Positions 15,001 through 27,000 of a stretch of DNA of 64,000 nucleotides are shown here, piece by piece (position 1 is the stretch's first letter; each line of letters begins with the position of its first letter). Position numbers and translations under genes: made by a program. The stretch lies in NCBI GenBank assembly GCA_028870995.1, contig JAGWOI010000002.1:110463-174462 (forward strand), read 5' to 3'. The stretch is from Candidatus Omnitrophota bacterium (GTDB taxonomy: Bacteria > Omnitrophota > Gorgyraeia > Zapsychrales > Fredricksoniimonadaceae). The notes beneath the pieces are model-generated. The model ran no database searches, was not told where the DNA came from, and saw only the letters and a list, made by a program, of their open reading frames with translations.

Positions 15001-18000
15001 TCATCCACGTGCTTGGGCAAACTAAACGCCAGACCCTGGAATTCGTCCCATCCAAAACCTCGGAAGATTGGCATAAAGCGGATATCCGTTTCTATATCGG
15101 CCGCGTAGAGAACGATTTCCTATCCTTCAAGATGGTGAGCCTCATAGGGGTGTCGATGCTGGCCATGAACATATGGCTCATGACAAACTACCTGGACATG
15201 CTTAATATCATTTTATTGTTCCCCACCTTGTTATTTAACGTTGGTCTTGTGATAGGACCGTTTGTTATGAGGACCATTCCCGGCAAGCATATCAATCCGT
15301 TGTTAACGTATTTGGCAGCCGTTGGCGGGTTTGCCGGAGCCGGTCTGGTCTATTGGGGCATGACTATCCTGGCAGGTGTTAATTTCTATGCCGTTGTAGG
15401 AGTTGGCATCTATACGGCGCTGGCATTGATCGGTTGGGTGTTAAAAGGAAGAGTGCTGTCCCATTTGAGAAACAATGGTGTTAAGGAAATTAAGGGCAAG
15501 GATATAGGTGCAGTCATTAGCGAACAAATTACCTTAACCGACGCCGTTACCGCCTTCAACAAGCGTTGGGAAAGTATAAAAGGAGATTATAAGAACAACA
15601 AGATATCCGTTGGTCAAGCGGTCTGGCAGTCGGTTTGGAATGCGGCCCTCTTGGCCTTGACGGCGGTATCCGCACCTTTGGCCAAGCCTCTTGATACCTT
15701 GAACATAAAGGCCCTTAATTTCAAGAACCAGAAAATCACACGCTTCGTATCTGTGAGCATGCGCGGCTTTGTCATCGGCATGGGGGTGCTTTTCTGGTTT
15801 TTCATCGTCCCGGTGCCAGGCCTGTTGTTCCTGGAAACTCAACAGGCCCATGTTGTGCTTCAGTTTATCGATTTGTTCAAAGACGCTCTGTGGGTCTTTG
15901 GCGGCGTATCAATGCTGACAGCAGCAGGTCTTTTAACTTCATGGATCGAGCGCGAAGGGTTTGTGCAGAAAGCCCTTAATTACATGAGAATGCCGCAAAC
16001 TGTATTTAACATTAAATTGTTCCGCGACGGCAGTCAGGTGAGGTTCGGCGTGCTTTATCGCTTCCTGACGGAATACGAAGAAATGGTGCAGAAGGATAAC
16101 ACCCTTACCGATGAGCAGCGGCAAAGAGCAACTCATAGATTTGCCAAGATCCGGGGTCTCTTTGCGGACGCAGGGATTTATATCCATCAGGCCCAAGAAG
16201 AGTACATCCAGAAGACCTTGGATGATGTCGAGTATCTTTTAAAGGAAGTCGGTCCGGACCGTTTCGAGCAAGAGTACGCGAACCATTACAAGAGGATTGT
16301 ACAGGATAACCTGATCTACGATCATTCGGCGGCATACAAAATAATAACTGACAATACCAGCAAGATTGTGAAAAATTTGGATGTGCCCGGGAAGCAAGAC
16401 GTTGTCAGAGAAATAATGGCAAGCCACGACATTATTGTTAACAGGGGTCGGGTTTGGGGTTGGATAGTGCCGGGCTTACAGCAGGCATTCTATTCTGCTA
16501 ATTCAGGTGATGCCGTTCAGGCCAAGAACCATTTAGTAGAAGTTTTGATTCTGGAAATGAAGGCTCGTGCCAATAAATTGATAGCCGATAAGAAAGAAGA
16601 AGTTTTCAGGCGTCTTGATACCGCTGCAGGAAGAGCAGCTGTTGGAGCTGCCATTGCCGGCCAGCAGGCTGCCTTAAACAAAACAGTCGTTTGGGGCTGG
16701 ATCTTGTCCATCAATGGTTTGCAAGAGGCCTTTGAGATAGTCAACAACGGTAATGAAGAAAAGGCCAAGGGCCAATTGGTTGCAATACTGTTCGAAGAGT
16801 TAACGGCGCGCGCCAATAAACTAATAACCGAGAAGACCGACGCAATCACTAGTCATTTAAATAACTCTGGGGGCAGAACAGCCGTTGAAGAGGCCCTTGC
16901 CGGTCAGAACACAGGTCACAACAAGAATGTGATTTGGAACTGGGTAGGACAAGTGGAAGCGCCTGCTGACGCGCTGAATGTGCAGGAAGCGTTTACAATT
17001 ATCAGTGGATTTAATGAGAGCAAAGCTAAAGATCATGCCTTGAAGATTTTGGCCGATGAAATATTTAAGCGCAGCATCGGAGATTTTGCGAGAGCCTATA
17101 AGACCATCATCGAAAATTTTGATGATGTTCAGAAAGTGGAAGTGGTTTTAAGGGCGTTGGCCCTAGAGCAAGAACTGGCCGTACTTGACAGGAGCGCCGG
17201 CGATGCCGTTTCTGTACGACAGCGTCAGACTCGCCATCAGATGAGAGAAGAGATCAAAGATGTCATGTGGAAATGGCTTTCACCTGAGCTGAAAAAAGTT
17301 ATCATAGGCATAAATAAAGTTTCAGAGCAAGATGCCAAAGACATCGCATTTTCCATCTTTGTGGCCGAATTGCCAACAGCCGTTATCCAGACGAAGTCTT
17401 CAAGGAAGGCGCGGGGGATCACCATGTTATTAACGGCATTGTTGACTGGAACGGCTGTGAAGGTGCTGAAGAAAGACCAGATTTTCCCGCCCGCCGCAAT
17501 GCCAAAGGGAGGCATAACAACAGGGGTGTCGGCTAAAGCCGATACTCCTGTTGGACGCGGCATCTTAACCAGGGTTGTTGTCATCTCTTCGGCTGTCTTT
17601 GCCGCCGGGGTTGCTGCTGTTAAAATTTTGCATTGGATTTTCACGAGAACGCATCGGCTGCCGGTCAAAGGCCCGGTGACCTCATGGGATCCGCTGGTTG
17701 TTCTGACGATGGGCGTTCTAGCCGGATTAAGTATTTATGGAATTATGAGTCTCGTTCGGTTCTTTAAAGATCAGCGTAAGATGGAGCGCGTTCATTTATA
17801 TGGAGAGGAATGGACTGAATCCTGGCAAAAATTGGCGGTCGAGGCAAGAGCTGTCATAGAGAAATTCAAGGCTTTGCGCCGTGGACAGACGGCAGGGACA
17901 ATGCCGGACGGAAAGTCGGAGAACAAGCCGGCAAATACAAATACGCCTGAACAAAGAAGTCTGAATATTGCCAATGATAAGCCAGATGCAGGCACACCTG

Positions 18001-21000
18001 CAGAGACAGCGCAAATAACCGCGAAATCAACCCAAGCCGCCATGCCTGAAACGCCGGCGGCGGCTGTTGCACAGCAGATCCTTAACAATATTCACAACCT
18101 CGCACCGCCGGTCCAGGAAGGCGATACAGTTGTTATCACGCTCTCCCAGCAGAAAGTCGAGAAGTCCCTGCAGTTTGAAGTTGCCAAAATACTCAAGAAT
18201 TCCATCGAAATCAAGGCCCAGAAACGCGACGGTACGATCACAACGGTGCCCGCCGATCAAATCACCATCCGCTTTGCCAGCGTACATGTTGATATTTCCA
18301 GAACAACCTTAAGAGACGCTGTTAAAGTGATCTTTGAAACCGCCTCCTATTCAAAAACATTTGAATTAATGGCCGATCAAATTTCTGTTGGGGCAAAGAA
18401 TGGCATGATCGCAAAGGCCGCGATTGGAACCGCTCTATTCTTTGTTGGTGTTGCGGACGTTCCTGCCGCCAGCAGGGTGTGGCACATGTTGGCTTCCTGG
18501 GATTGGGTGGACCGGACAGGTATTCTGGCGCTGGGTCTTTTAGGGTTTTACGTGACCTGCCTTATCGGCCATCATTTCTATGCTCAACGCCGCGACGAGC
18601 GCAATGAAGAACGCGACAAGCAGAAAAACGGAAACGATCTCATCGGCTTCTGCGGCAACGCCACCGATCCTGCCAAGCGCGCCTTTGCCCAGGGCATCAG
18701 GGAAGGCAAGATCAAAGAAACACGGATCGCGGGTTATAAGATCGACCGCCGCAGAGTTCCTGCCGAGTTGAAGCAGTTCTTCAACAAGACCGAAACGGAA
18801 TTTTATGAATTTGATTTCGACCGGATCATGGCCGATTTGCAAAGCGGTGCCCTGGACAAAGACACCTATGGTGCCATGAACGATCTTCAGGAAACCACCA
18901 TCTTTGCCACCGAACAGGCAGTCGACGGCAAGAAAAAGAAGATCATCAGGAAGGTTCATTTCTCCGCCATGGCCCGCAAAGTATTCGACGAGCTGTTCCC
19001 TGACGATAATCCGCAGGACAAGATGGTCGCCTGCACCAGCATCGATGTGCATGAGGCGGTTGAGCTCGATGGCACAAGTCATCCTCATGCCGTGGATTTG
19101 CAAAAGACGGTCAAGGGATACCGGGATAACGGGGTGGGCAGCCGCCTGGAGCGATTGCAGGATCTTGAGGTCGTTATCATCCCGATCGCCGACAACGGGA
19201 TCAAGGCCGAAAACGTTTACGGCCGTATTATTACCGAAGAGCGAAAAGGTTTCCCGCAGGAGAAGCTGGAACTGGCCTTTGCCGACCGCAACCTCACCCA
19301 TATTGTCGCGGCCATCCGCGAGATCGACAGCCACATTAGGAGAAACCCGCTGACCTGGCTGTTCCAGTCACGTCCCCATGAAGTGGCGGATATCATTGAG
19401 CAAGTCCACCAGGCGCTCATTAAGGAACAGGGGCGGATTTCGCCCACCACCAGCGTTCAGCAGTTGTTCGAAAATCTCATGAACGAAACCCTCAGCGATG
19501 ACCAAATCAAGAAGCTGGATGAGTGGGGCGTTGACGGTGCAGGGGAGGTGGTCAAGGTCAATAAGGGCGAAGGCACCATTCATGATCTTATCTACAAGAG
19601 CCTGGATGAAGGCGAAGGTCTGTATTTCATTCCGCTTATCGGCAATCCTTCGGCTGTTTATGAGACGGAGGTCAGGAGACTTTTGGGTGAGACTTCCCGC
19701 CCAGGCGCCCTTCCCCGTCCTGGAGCTCTTCAAACCATATTGAATCCCTTCCTGCGGGCTATCCGCCGCTCGAACCGTTCCATGGAATACGTGTACCAAT
19801 ATATGATCCAGGAAGAGCTTCCTTACCAGGCGGGCTTTGCCGGGGCCCTGACGAAGAATTCCTTTGGCGGGAAGCTGGATTTCCCCAAGATATTCGCCGC
19901 AGCGGCAGCCAAAGGGTACGTCATCGCCTTTGATCACCAAAAGATCAAAGGGTTTGTCAATCCCCGCTTCAATGGACTGGACGAGGAATTCAAGTCCATG
20001 GTCAGGACCGACCATCCGGAATATACCGAGGAGCAATTCATCCAGATCGAAGCCGTCTTTAGCCAGACCTTGAACTCCATGAAATGGGCTGAGGCCATGG
20101 TCTTTGACATCATGAAACATTGCGAAGCGTTCATTCAGAAGCAAGAAGAGAAGTTCAGGGAAATGAGGAAGGACGGCAAGACGATCTCCGACCTGCAGAA
20201 AAAGCCATTGGAAATGCATTCCGAGGCCCATAGCGTTTATGAGGAGATCGCCTGGGAGCTCATCATGGATTATTCCTACCGTTTCCAGGAATCGCGCGAA
20301 GTCATCCAGCAGCATATCGTCTCCGTCAAACTGGGCGCCATCCAGAATGTGATCAAAGATTTAATAGATTATATCAATGCCCGGGAGGGTATGAGCGTCT
20401 TGCCCGGTCTCATGAACGAGCAAGCGGCCCTGTACCTTGGCCTGGCCAGGCAGGCTGTCGAAAAAATCGTCAACGGGCAATCGGATTATTTGAGTTACCG
20501 CCGGGCCTTGAATGAGGCGGTGGACGCTGCCCTCAACGACGAGCAGTTTGAACGGGGGATATTGCCTCGCATGACGGTCATTTATGAGAGTTTTTATATC
20601 AACATAGCCGGAAAGGCCATTGCCCCCGATCAATTGGCCGATCAGGTCCGTCTGGAGAGCCGCCGCTATTTTGAGAACATAGCGGATTACATTGTCCAGG
20701 AAGCTGACCGCAGGATCCGCGAGAAGAGCGTCCAGATCGACGAAGACGCCAAGGTCATTATTTTGTTCGACCGGGTGCCTACACCGATCGAGTTTTCCAA
20801 CATACTGGGCTTTTACCGGCAGACCTTCCGGGGGGCGCTCAACTCCAAAGGATCGGTGAGGACTTCGCATTACAGCAACGTGGCCAAGAGCGCCCGCAAG
20901 CCGCTGTTGAATATCCGGCCTGAAGACAAAGGCAGTTTTAAGAAGAGGCAGCTGGTTTTGATCAGCCGGGGCAAGATTTATATTAATCCGGACCATGAAA

Positions 21001-24000
21001 CCAGACAACAGGCTCGTGCCGCCGAGAGGATGCAGAAAGCCTATGAGAGATATTGCCAGGTTTTGGCCAAAGGTTCTGCAGCGAAGGCGGGGGCCAATGC
21101 GGATACGGCTGAAGAGTTTAAGACGGCCGTAATCCAGTACGGTGCCGGCTTTATCGGCTTGCGCCGTTCTGAGAACGGCTACGAAACCATAGTGTTCCGT
21201 TCCAAACGCGAGCAGGAGATAAAGGACGAGGCCATGTACGAGAATGCCCAGGGCCGCAACAGCACGGCGCGATTTATCGATTACGCGTTTGCTAATGACA
21301 AAAAACCGCTGTGCCTTGAGCACATCGAATACAGCGGCGAGAAAGGCTGTTTGGAGCATCCCCTCGTCTGGGCCCTGGCCGTCGAACAGGCCGTCAGCTG
21401 GGGGAAAATCAGCAACAAGGAGACCGTGAAATCCTTCCGTGCCATGTTCCCCATGATCGAGACCGTCGAAGATTTTGACCGGGCCTTGGGCCTGGTGGCG
21501 GAAGCCATGAACTCCGCCGGATTGGATCCGCGCGGATTCATGAGGCAGATAGGCTCCATGCTCGAGACGCCGCAGGCCCTGGCCAACATGGAACTCCTGA
21601 TGCAAAAGGTGTTATTTTTCAGTGTCGGGACCAATGACCTTATCGCCAAACTGTATAAGGTCGACCGTTCCAATCCGAATCAAAGCGCCAGTTACTATAA
21701 GAACGTGCGGGTGTGGGCCACAACCCTGATCAGACAGGCCGTGGGCAAATCCAATGATGAGGGCGTTGACATTTCCATTTGCGGGGACTTGGCGGCCATG
21801 AAGAGATTCTGGTTTGTGTGGCACAACTGGGAAAGCCGCGGGTTCGAGGTGGGATTAAGCATGCCGGCGCCGATGATACCGGAATTCAAAGCCTGGATCA
21901 AGGTCCTCAAAGGGCTTGAATGTCCCGAACTGGATCAAATCAACCGGGCCATTGACCAGGCGCTTTGCGAAATGGAGGCCTTCCTGGCTGAAAACCACAC
22001 CAGGGAAGAGATACTGGCCAAGGATGGGGAACTCACCGAAAGACTTAATAAAACTTTTGACGAAACCCGTGTAGAGGAAAAACTGGAAAGGCTGATCCAT
22101 ATTAAGGCTTTAAGATGGACAGACAAGCAGGACGAGCAAACGCCGCAGGCCCGCCGGGTCTTAGGCTGGCTGCCCTACCTGCCGGCGCTGGTTTATCATC
22201 ACGGCTGGCGGGTGGTCCTGGCCCTGTTGCAATCCGATTATTACATTATCCGGGCATTCTTAAAGGTTTACGGAAAGTTTAAAGGCATCTTGAAATTCAT
22301 CGCTCACGGCGGGGTCGCCGCCTGGGCCAGTAATTTCGAACGCTCCCGCATATTGGAACAGATTCCCGACCTGCAGCGTCATGCCATCATCGCCCATGAG
22401 ATGACGCACCGACGTTGGTATGCACCGGAAGCAAAGGCTTACTTTGTAGAAGGGAAAATACTTTTGGAAGGTTTCACGGCACCCTTGAAGGCCGCCAAGA
22501 GCATTCTCCACGAACAAGTCATTCCTCTTTTAAACGAATCCCATTTGGAAGAACTGGCCACCGGCCAAGTGAGCCTGACCTATGATCCCAAGGTGCCGTA
22601 TACCGTCTTTTATATTACGCCCGATGTGCTGGCCATTAATTTGAAATGGCTGGAAAACGACGGCACCATCAACGCGTTAAGGACGACCTTCTTTTATCAC
22701 ATCATCTTGAATTATCTCGAGAATACCCCCGATAACGTGATCCGCAGATCGATGCATATGCCCGCAGGGTCCAGGGCCGGCGACAAATATTTCAGCGCCG
22801 GCGCCTTCGACAGTTCCTTCTTAAGAGACATCGACTTGCTGCTTATCGAGGACAGGTTGAAGAAAGTTTTGTCGGAACGCGCGGCGTACCGCCTCTCCTT
22901 CGACCGCGAGTTGATCGCCATCGGTATCCAGCGCCGTAATCGCGGTTCGTGGCGCAGGGTCAGGGGCAGGCCGTCGCGTACCGTGGTTTTGGAAATTGCG
23001 GCCCGGGCAGCCATTGCGGAGGCCACCGGATATGCCGTTGATGAAGACGAAGATCTAAAGAACCTGCTTGGCTATGCGCTCAGGCACAATGACAAGGAGT
23101 ATTTTCAACGCCTTAAAGAAGAATTGAAGAAGTTTTATTTGTCGATCGAATTCAATAATGAGTTTTCGCTGCGCGAAATATCATTGGAGGAATTCAGGAA
23201 GATGAATCCGCTGGCCAGGCTTGCCTATGTTTATTCCTACGAAGGGCTGGGGATCATTCCCCCGGGGATGACGGACAATTTACGTGCCGCGCTGGAAGCG
23301 GCCGGCCGCGTGCAGCACCAGTACCTGGGTCTTTTGGCCGAAATGCCCATGATCGTCTACCGGTGGGCCGAGATCGACAAAAGGGACCTCTTTGCCCTGG
23401 ATGCCATCAAGGCAGTTTTGAAAACCATGGGGGTCAATGACAAGGATGAGATCGACAGGCTGTCCACCAATATTTGGAAAGGCCAGTGGGACAATATCCG
23501 CCTCCAGGAAGAGGCCAGCCGGCTTCCGGGCTCTGATATCAAATCGGAATCGGAGATAGTTCCCTTTAAAACCACACGGCAGTTGCGCGAAACCTGGGAA
23601 TATTATTTTAATGCGGATAAAACTCCGGCGGAACGGGCGCAGGATTTCTATCGATTTTATAAGAACATCATCGATGCCATATTAAACGGCACCTGGACAC
23701 CGGAACTTTACAAAAAACTGTGGGAAGAAACCAAGAAAATCCTGGAGGAGTTTAGAAGCATGGCTCAAAGCGCGCCCGAAGGCAGCCTGAGTCAGGAGGA
23801 AAAGGCCAAGACCATATTGGAACGTATCTTTGCCGCCAAACCTTATGTGCCGGCTTCTTCGGGCCTGTTCTTTTTCAAATACATCCACGGCGGATTATCC
23901 ATTTTTGATATTTTCCCGCCCGATTCATACCTGAACAATATTTATTACACCTTGCGTGGGATCATCGAGAAAAAATCCACCCGGTTCGAAATATTGTTCC

Positions 24001-27000
24001 AGGCCTATGACATGCGCAGCCGCATGTTGTTCCTGAAACAGCACGGATGGGTGACGGACAAGCCTTATGAACAGCTGACCATTGAAGAGAAGTTGTATGT
24101 GGACGGCATTTATCAGCGGGTCAGCAAGAACGAGGTACAAAAAGCCAACCAGCGCTTGAGGGCTGCAGGGATGCCGGCCGACACCCGTGTGGTGGTCATG
24201 TATAAAATGATGGTTGAGGAACAAGACCGGCTGGTGGAAAAGGTGACCATCGAAAAGGGGCTCTCGCTGGGAGATTGGGCGCGAAGTTTGACTAATAAAG
24301 AAGTGGTTTACCCGCCGCATTTCGATCCGGAACATGTGCCGTCATCCAAGGTGCTCATCAACAGCGAGGAACTATTCAGGTACGTGCTTTACAGTCTTTT
24401 ACAGAAGTCCGGGACATCCCTCAGCAGGGAACAACAGGAATTGATCCGTGCGGTTGAAGCCAAAGAATCCTTTAGCGAGATGAAAAAGATAATACATCTT
24501 CCTAATGGTCCCAGGTCTGGTCCGTCGAATTCCGGCGGGACAGCTGCATCCAGTATCGCGGGCGCAGCCGTGTTGAAGGGAGGCTTGATCAAGGCGGGAG
24601 GAGCAGCAGCCGTTAAGGCAGGTCTGTCGGCCGTCCTTGTCTCTGCTGCCGCGCTTCTCGTGGCCGGCATGGGGGTTTTGGCCGTCTGGGGTATCAGGAA
24701 GTTTCTGGCCCGAAAACAAAATTCGGAGAATCCGAGTGTTCCGCAAGAGGCAGCTTTTGCCGCTCCTGCCGAAATCCCGCCGGCCTTGCGCCCGCGCAGC
24801 GCCAAGGAACAGTCCAAATTCGAACTTTCCCTGAAGCTTTTGCAGGACCTGAAGCATCCCACACGAGTTCTGTTCGTGGTGCCCATGTACAAAGAAATGA
24901 AGCGTTTAAGCCCTGAGGGTGAAGATGCGCTGCGCATGAAGGTGGCCCAGATGCTGTATTTAAAACAAAACAGCGTGTTTTTCGACGGCAGGCTGTTGTT
25001 CATCGACGATGGGACCCCGCAGATGGCTTCCCGTCAGGCCGTAGAACGGTTGTGGAACGAAATCCGCGGCGAGTATGCGGCCCAAGGCATGGTTCTTGAT
25101 GAAAAAATGGTCGAGGTCATGGAAGTGTCCGGGCAGGAGAAGAAAGCGACCGGAAGCCGCAAAGGTTACGCGGTCAAAAAGGCCATGCGCCGGGCGTTGG
25201 CGGAGGGCTGGGCACAGTTTATCGGCTATACTGATGTGGACATATCTACCAACCTGGTGCAGGTCCCGCTTTTGCTTTTCCCTCTGCTTTCCGGTCAGGC
25301 TGATGCCGCCATCGGCTCCCGCTATGCCGCTGACGCTGAATCCCGGGGCGTTTCCACGGAGCGGGTCAAGTCCTCCCGGCAATACCTTACGGCGGTGCAT
25401 ACCATCTTGCCGCCGTTGAAGGGGATTTCAGACACCCAGCGCGGCTTCAAATTATTCGACCGCGGCCTCCTCGAATTCATTCTCGCCTATTCGCATGACC
25501 AGAACGCCTTTAAATATGCCCAAGAACCGGGGCTTTCATTCGATACCGAGCTTTTGCTGTTGACCAAGCTGGCCAGGGGCAAGATCGCCGAAGTTTCCAT
25601 CGCCTGGTTCGATTCCGCTGAAGAAAGCACGATCAATCTCGGCAAGGACGCGTACAAGATGCTGCTGGGGGTCGTAAAGCAAGCCCGCTTATGGATCAAT
25701 CCAGTGACGGTGCTGCGCTTAAGGGAGTTCCACCGCAGCGGCCCGACTGCACCCGGCATCTTGACGACGCATTTCTGGGCCTGGGTGAAGGCAGAGATCG
25801 CCGCCGGACGCATGGTGGACATCATGCTTAAACCCGAAGTGATGGCCTGGGCCAAGCGGCCCGACGGAGAGACCTATCATGACTTTATTTTGCGCCGCTT
25901 AAAAGAGGAGGGATATGAATATTACCTCCTGCCGCAGCTTGACTTGGGTCTTCAAGGGGCATTCGAATTCTACGGCCGTGATCATCTTTGGGGCACGGGG
26001 GGCAAGCCTGCACCGAAATTGAACAAGCAGGGCAGCTGGTATCTGTTCGATGACATTCTTCCCTATATGGCCTCTGGACCGGTCAGGCCGGTGCTGGTCT
26101 ATCGCCGGCAAGGCATCAAGATAGAAGAATTAAAGACCGTGGTGATCGCCGGTATCCGCAAAGACCTTAACGCCGGGCTGGTTGAAAACAGGATCCACAG
26201 CGCCGACAGCATGGAAAGTGCCCAACAGGACATCAAGATCCTCTCCCAATATTACTTGAGGGATGCCGTTCATGTGCACAGCGCGCTCGATAAAATCTTT
26301 TTTAAGTACAGGACATTGATCGTTGCCGCGGACAAGGACAAGACCCTGACGGAATCTCATGAAGATTTGCCTCCGGGAACCGCGGCATTGATCGCCGGGA
26401 TCATCAAGTTGGGCGGTGCCTTTATTCTGGCCTCCGGATCAGGCATAGAGCGCCTGGAGAAGGAATTTATCAGCCAGCTGCGTGCAGCAATGGGCGGCGA
26501 GATCAAGGCTAACGACCTCCTTTATGTGATCTGTAACAACGGCTCTGCGGTTTATGAAATACGGCTGGCCGACGGCAGGCGCAAGAAAATTTATGAGGAC
26601 AACCTGGAAGAGATCGTAGGCAAGGGCAAGTTCCCGCTGGTTGAAAAGATCCTTAACGAATTTGTCAGCGAGCAGGAGGAAATAAGAACGCTTAAAATCA
26701 TGATGGAGGACCTTGAGGCCAAAGGCAAAATCAGCCGGGGCGCGTCCAGGCAGGTGAGGGTCACGCATTTGAGGGCCAATTTACAGATCCTGGGCGATCT
26801 GGGTGAAGAGTTTAAGGCGCTCCGGAATAATTTTGATCCACAACGCCAAAAACGCCAGCCCTGGGCCAGGATCATCCAGCAGCGATTGGATGAGGCCGGG
26901 ATACCGCTCAAGGCAGAGGTTTCCGGGACATCGACCATCAACATCCTGCCCAAGAACGTCAATAAGGGCAGCGGCATGATGCTGCTGCTCAAACATTTGA

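Noticed and set aside
18540-21673. Long antisense ORFs (264, 315 and 414 aa) opposite the giant gene
   Set aside because: Shadow ORFs of a codon-biased sense gene with no recognisable motifs, whereas the sense frame carries clear Enzyme I motifs.
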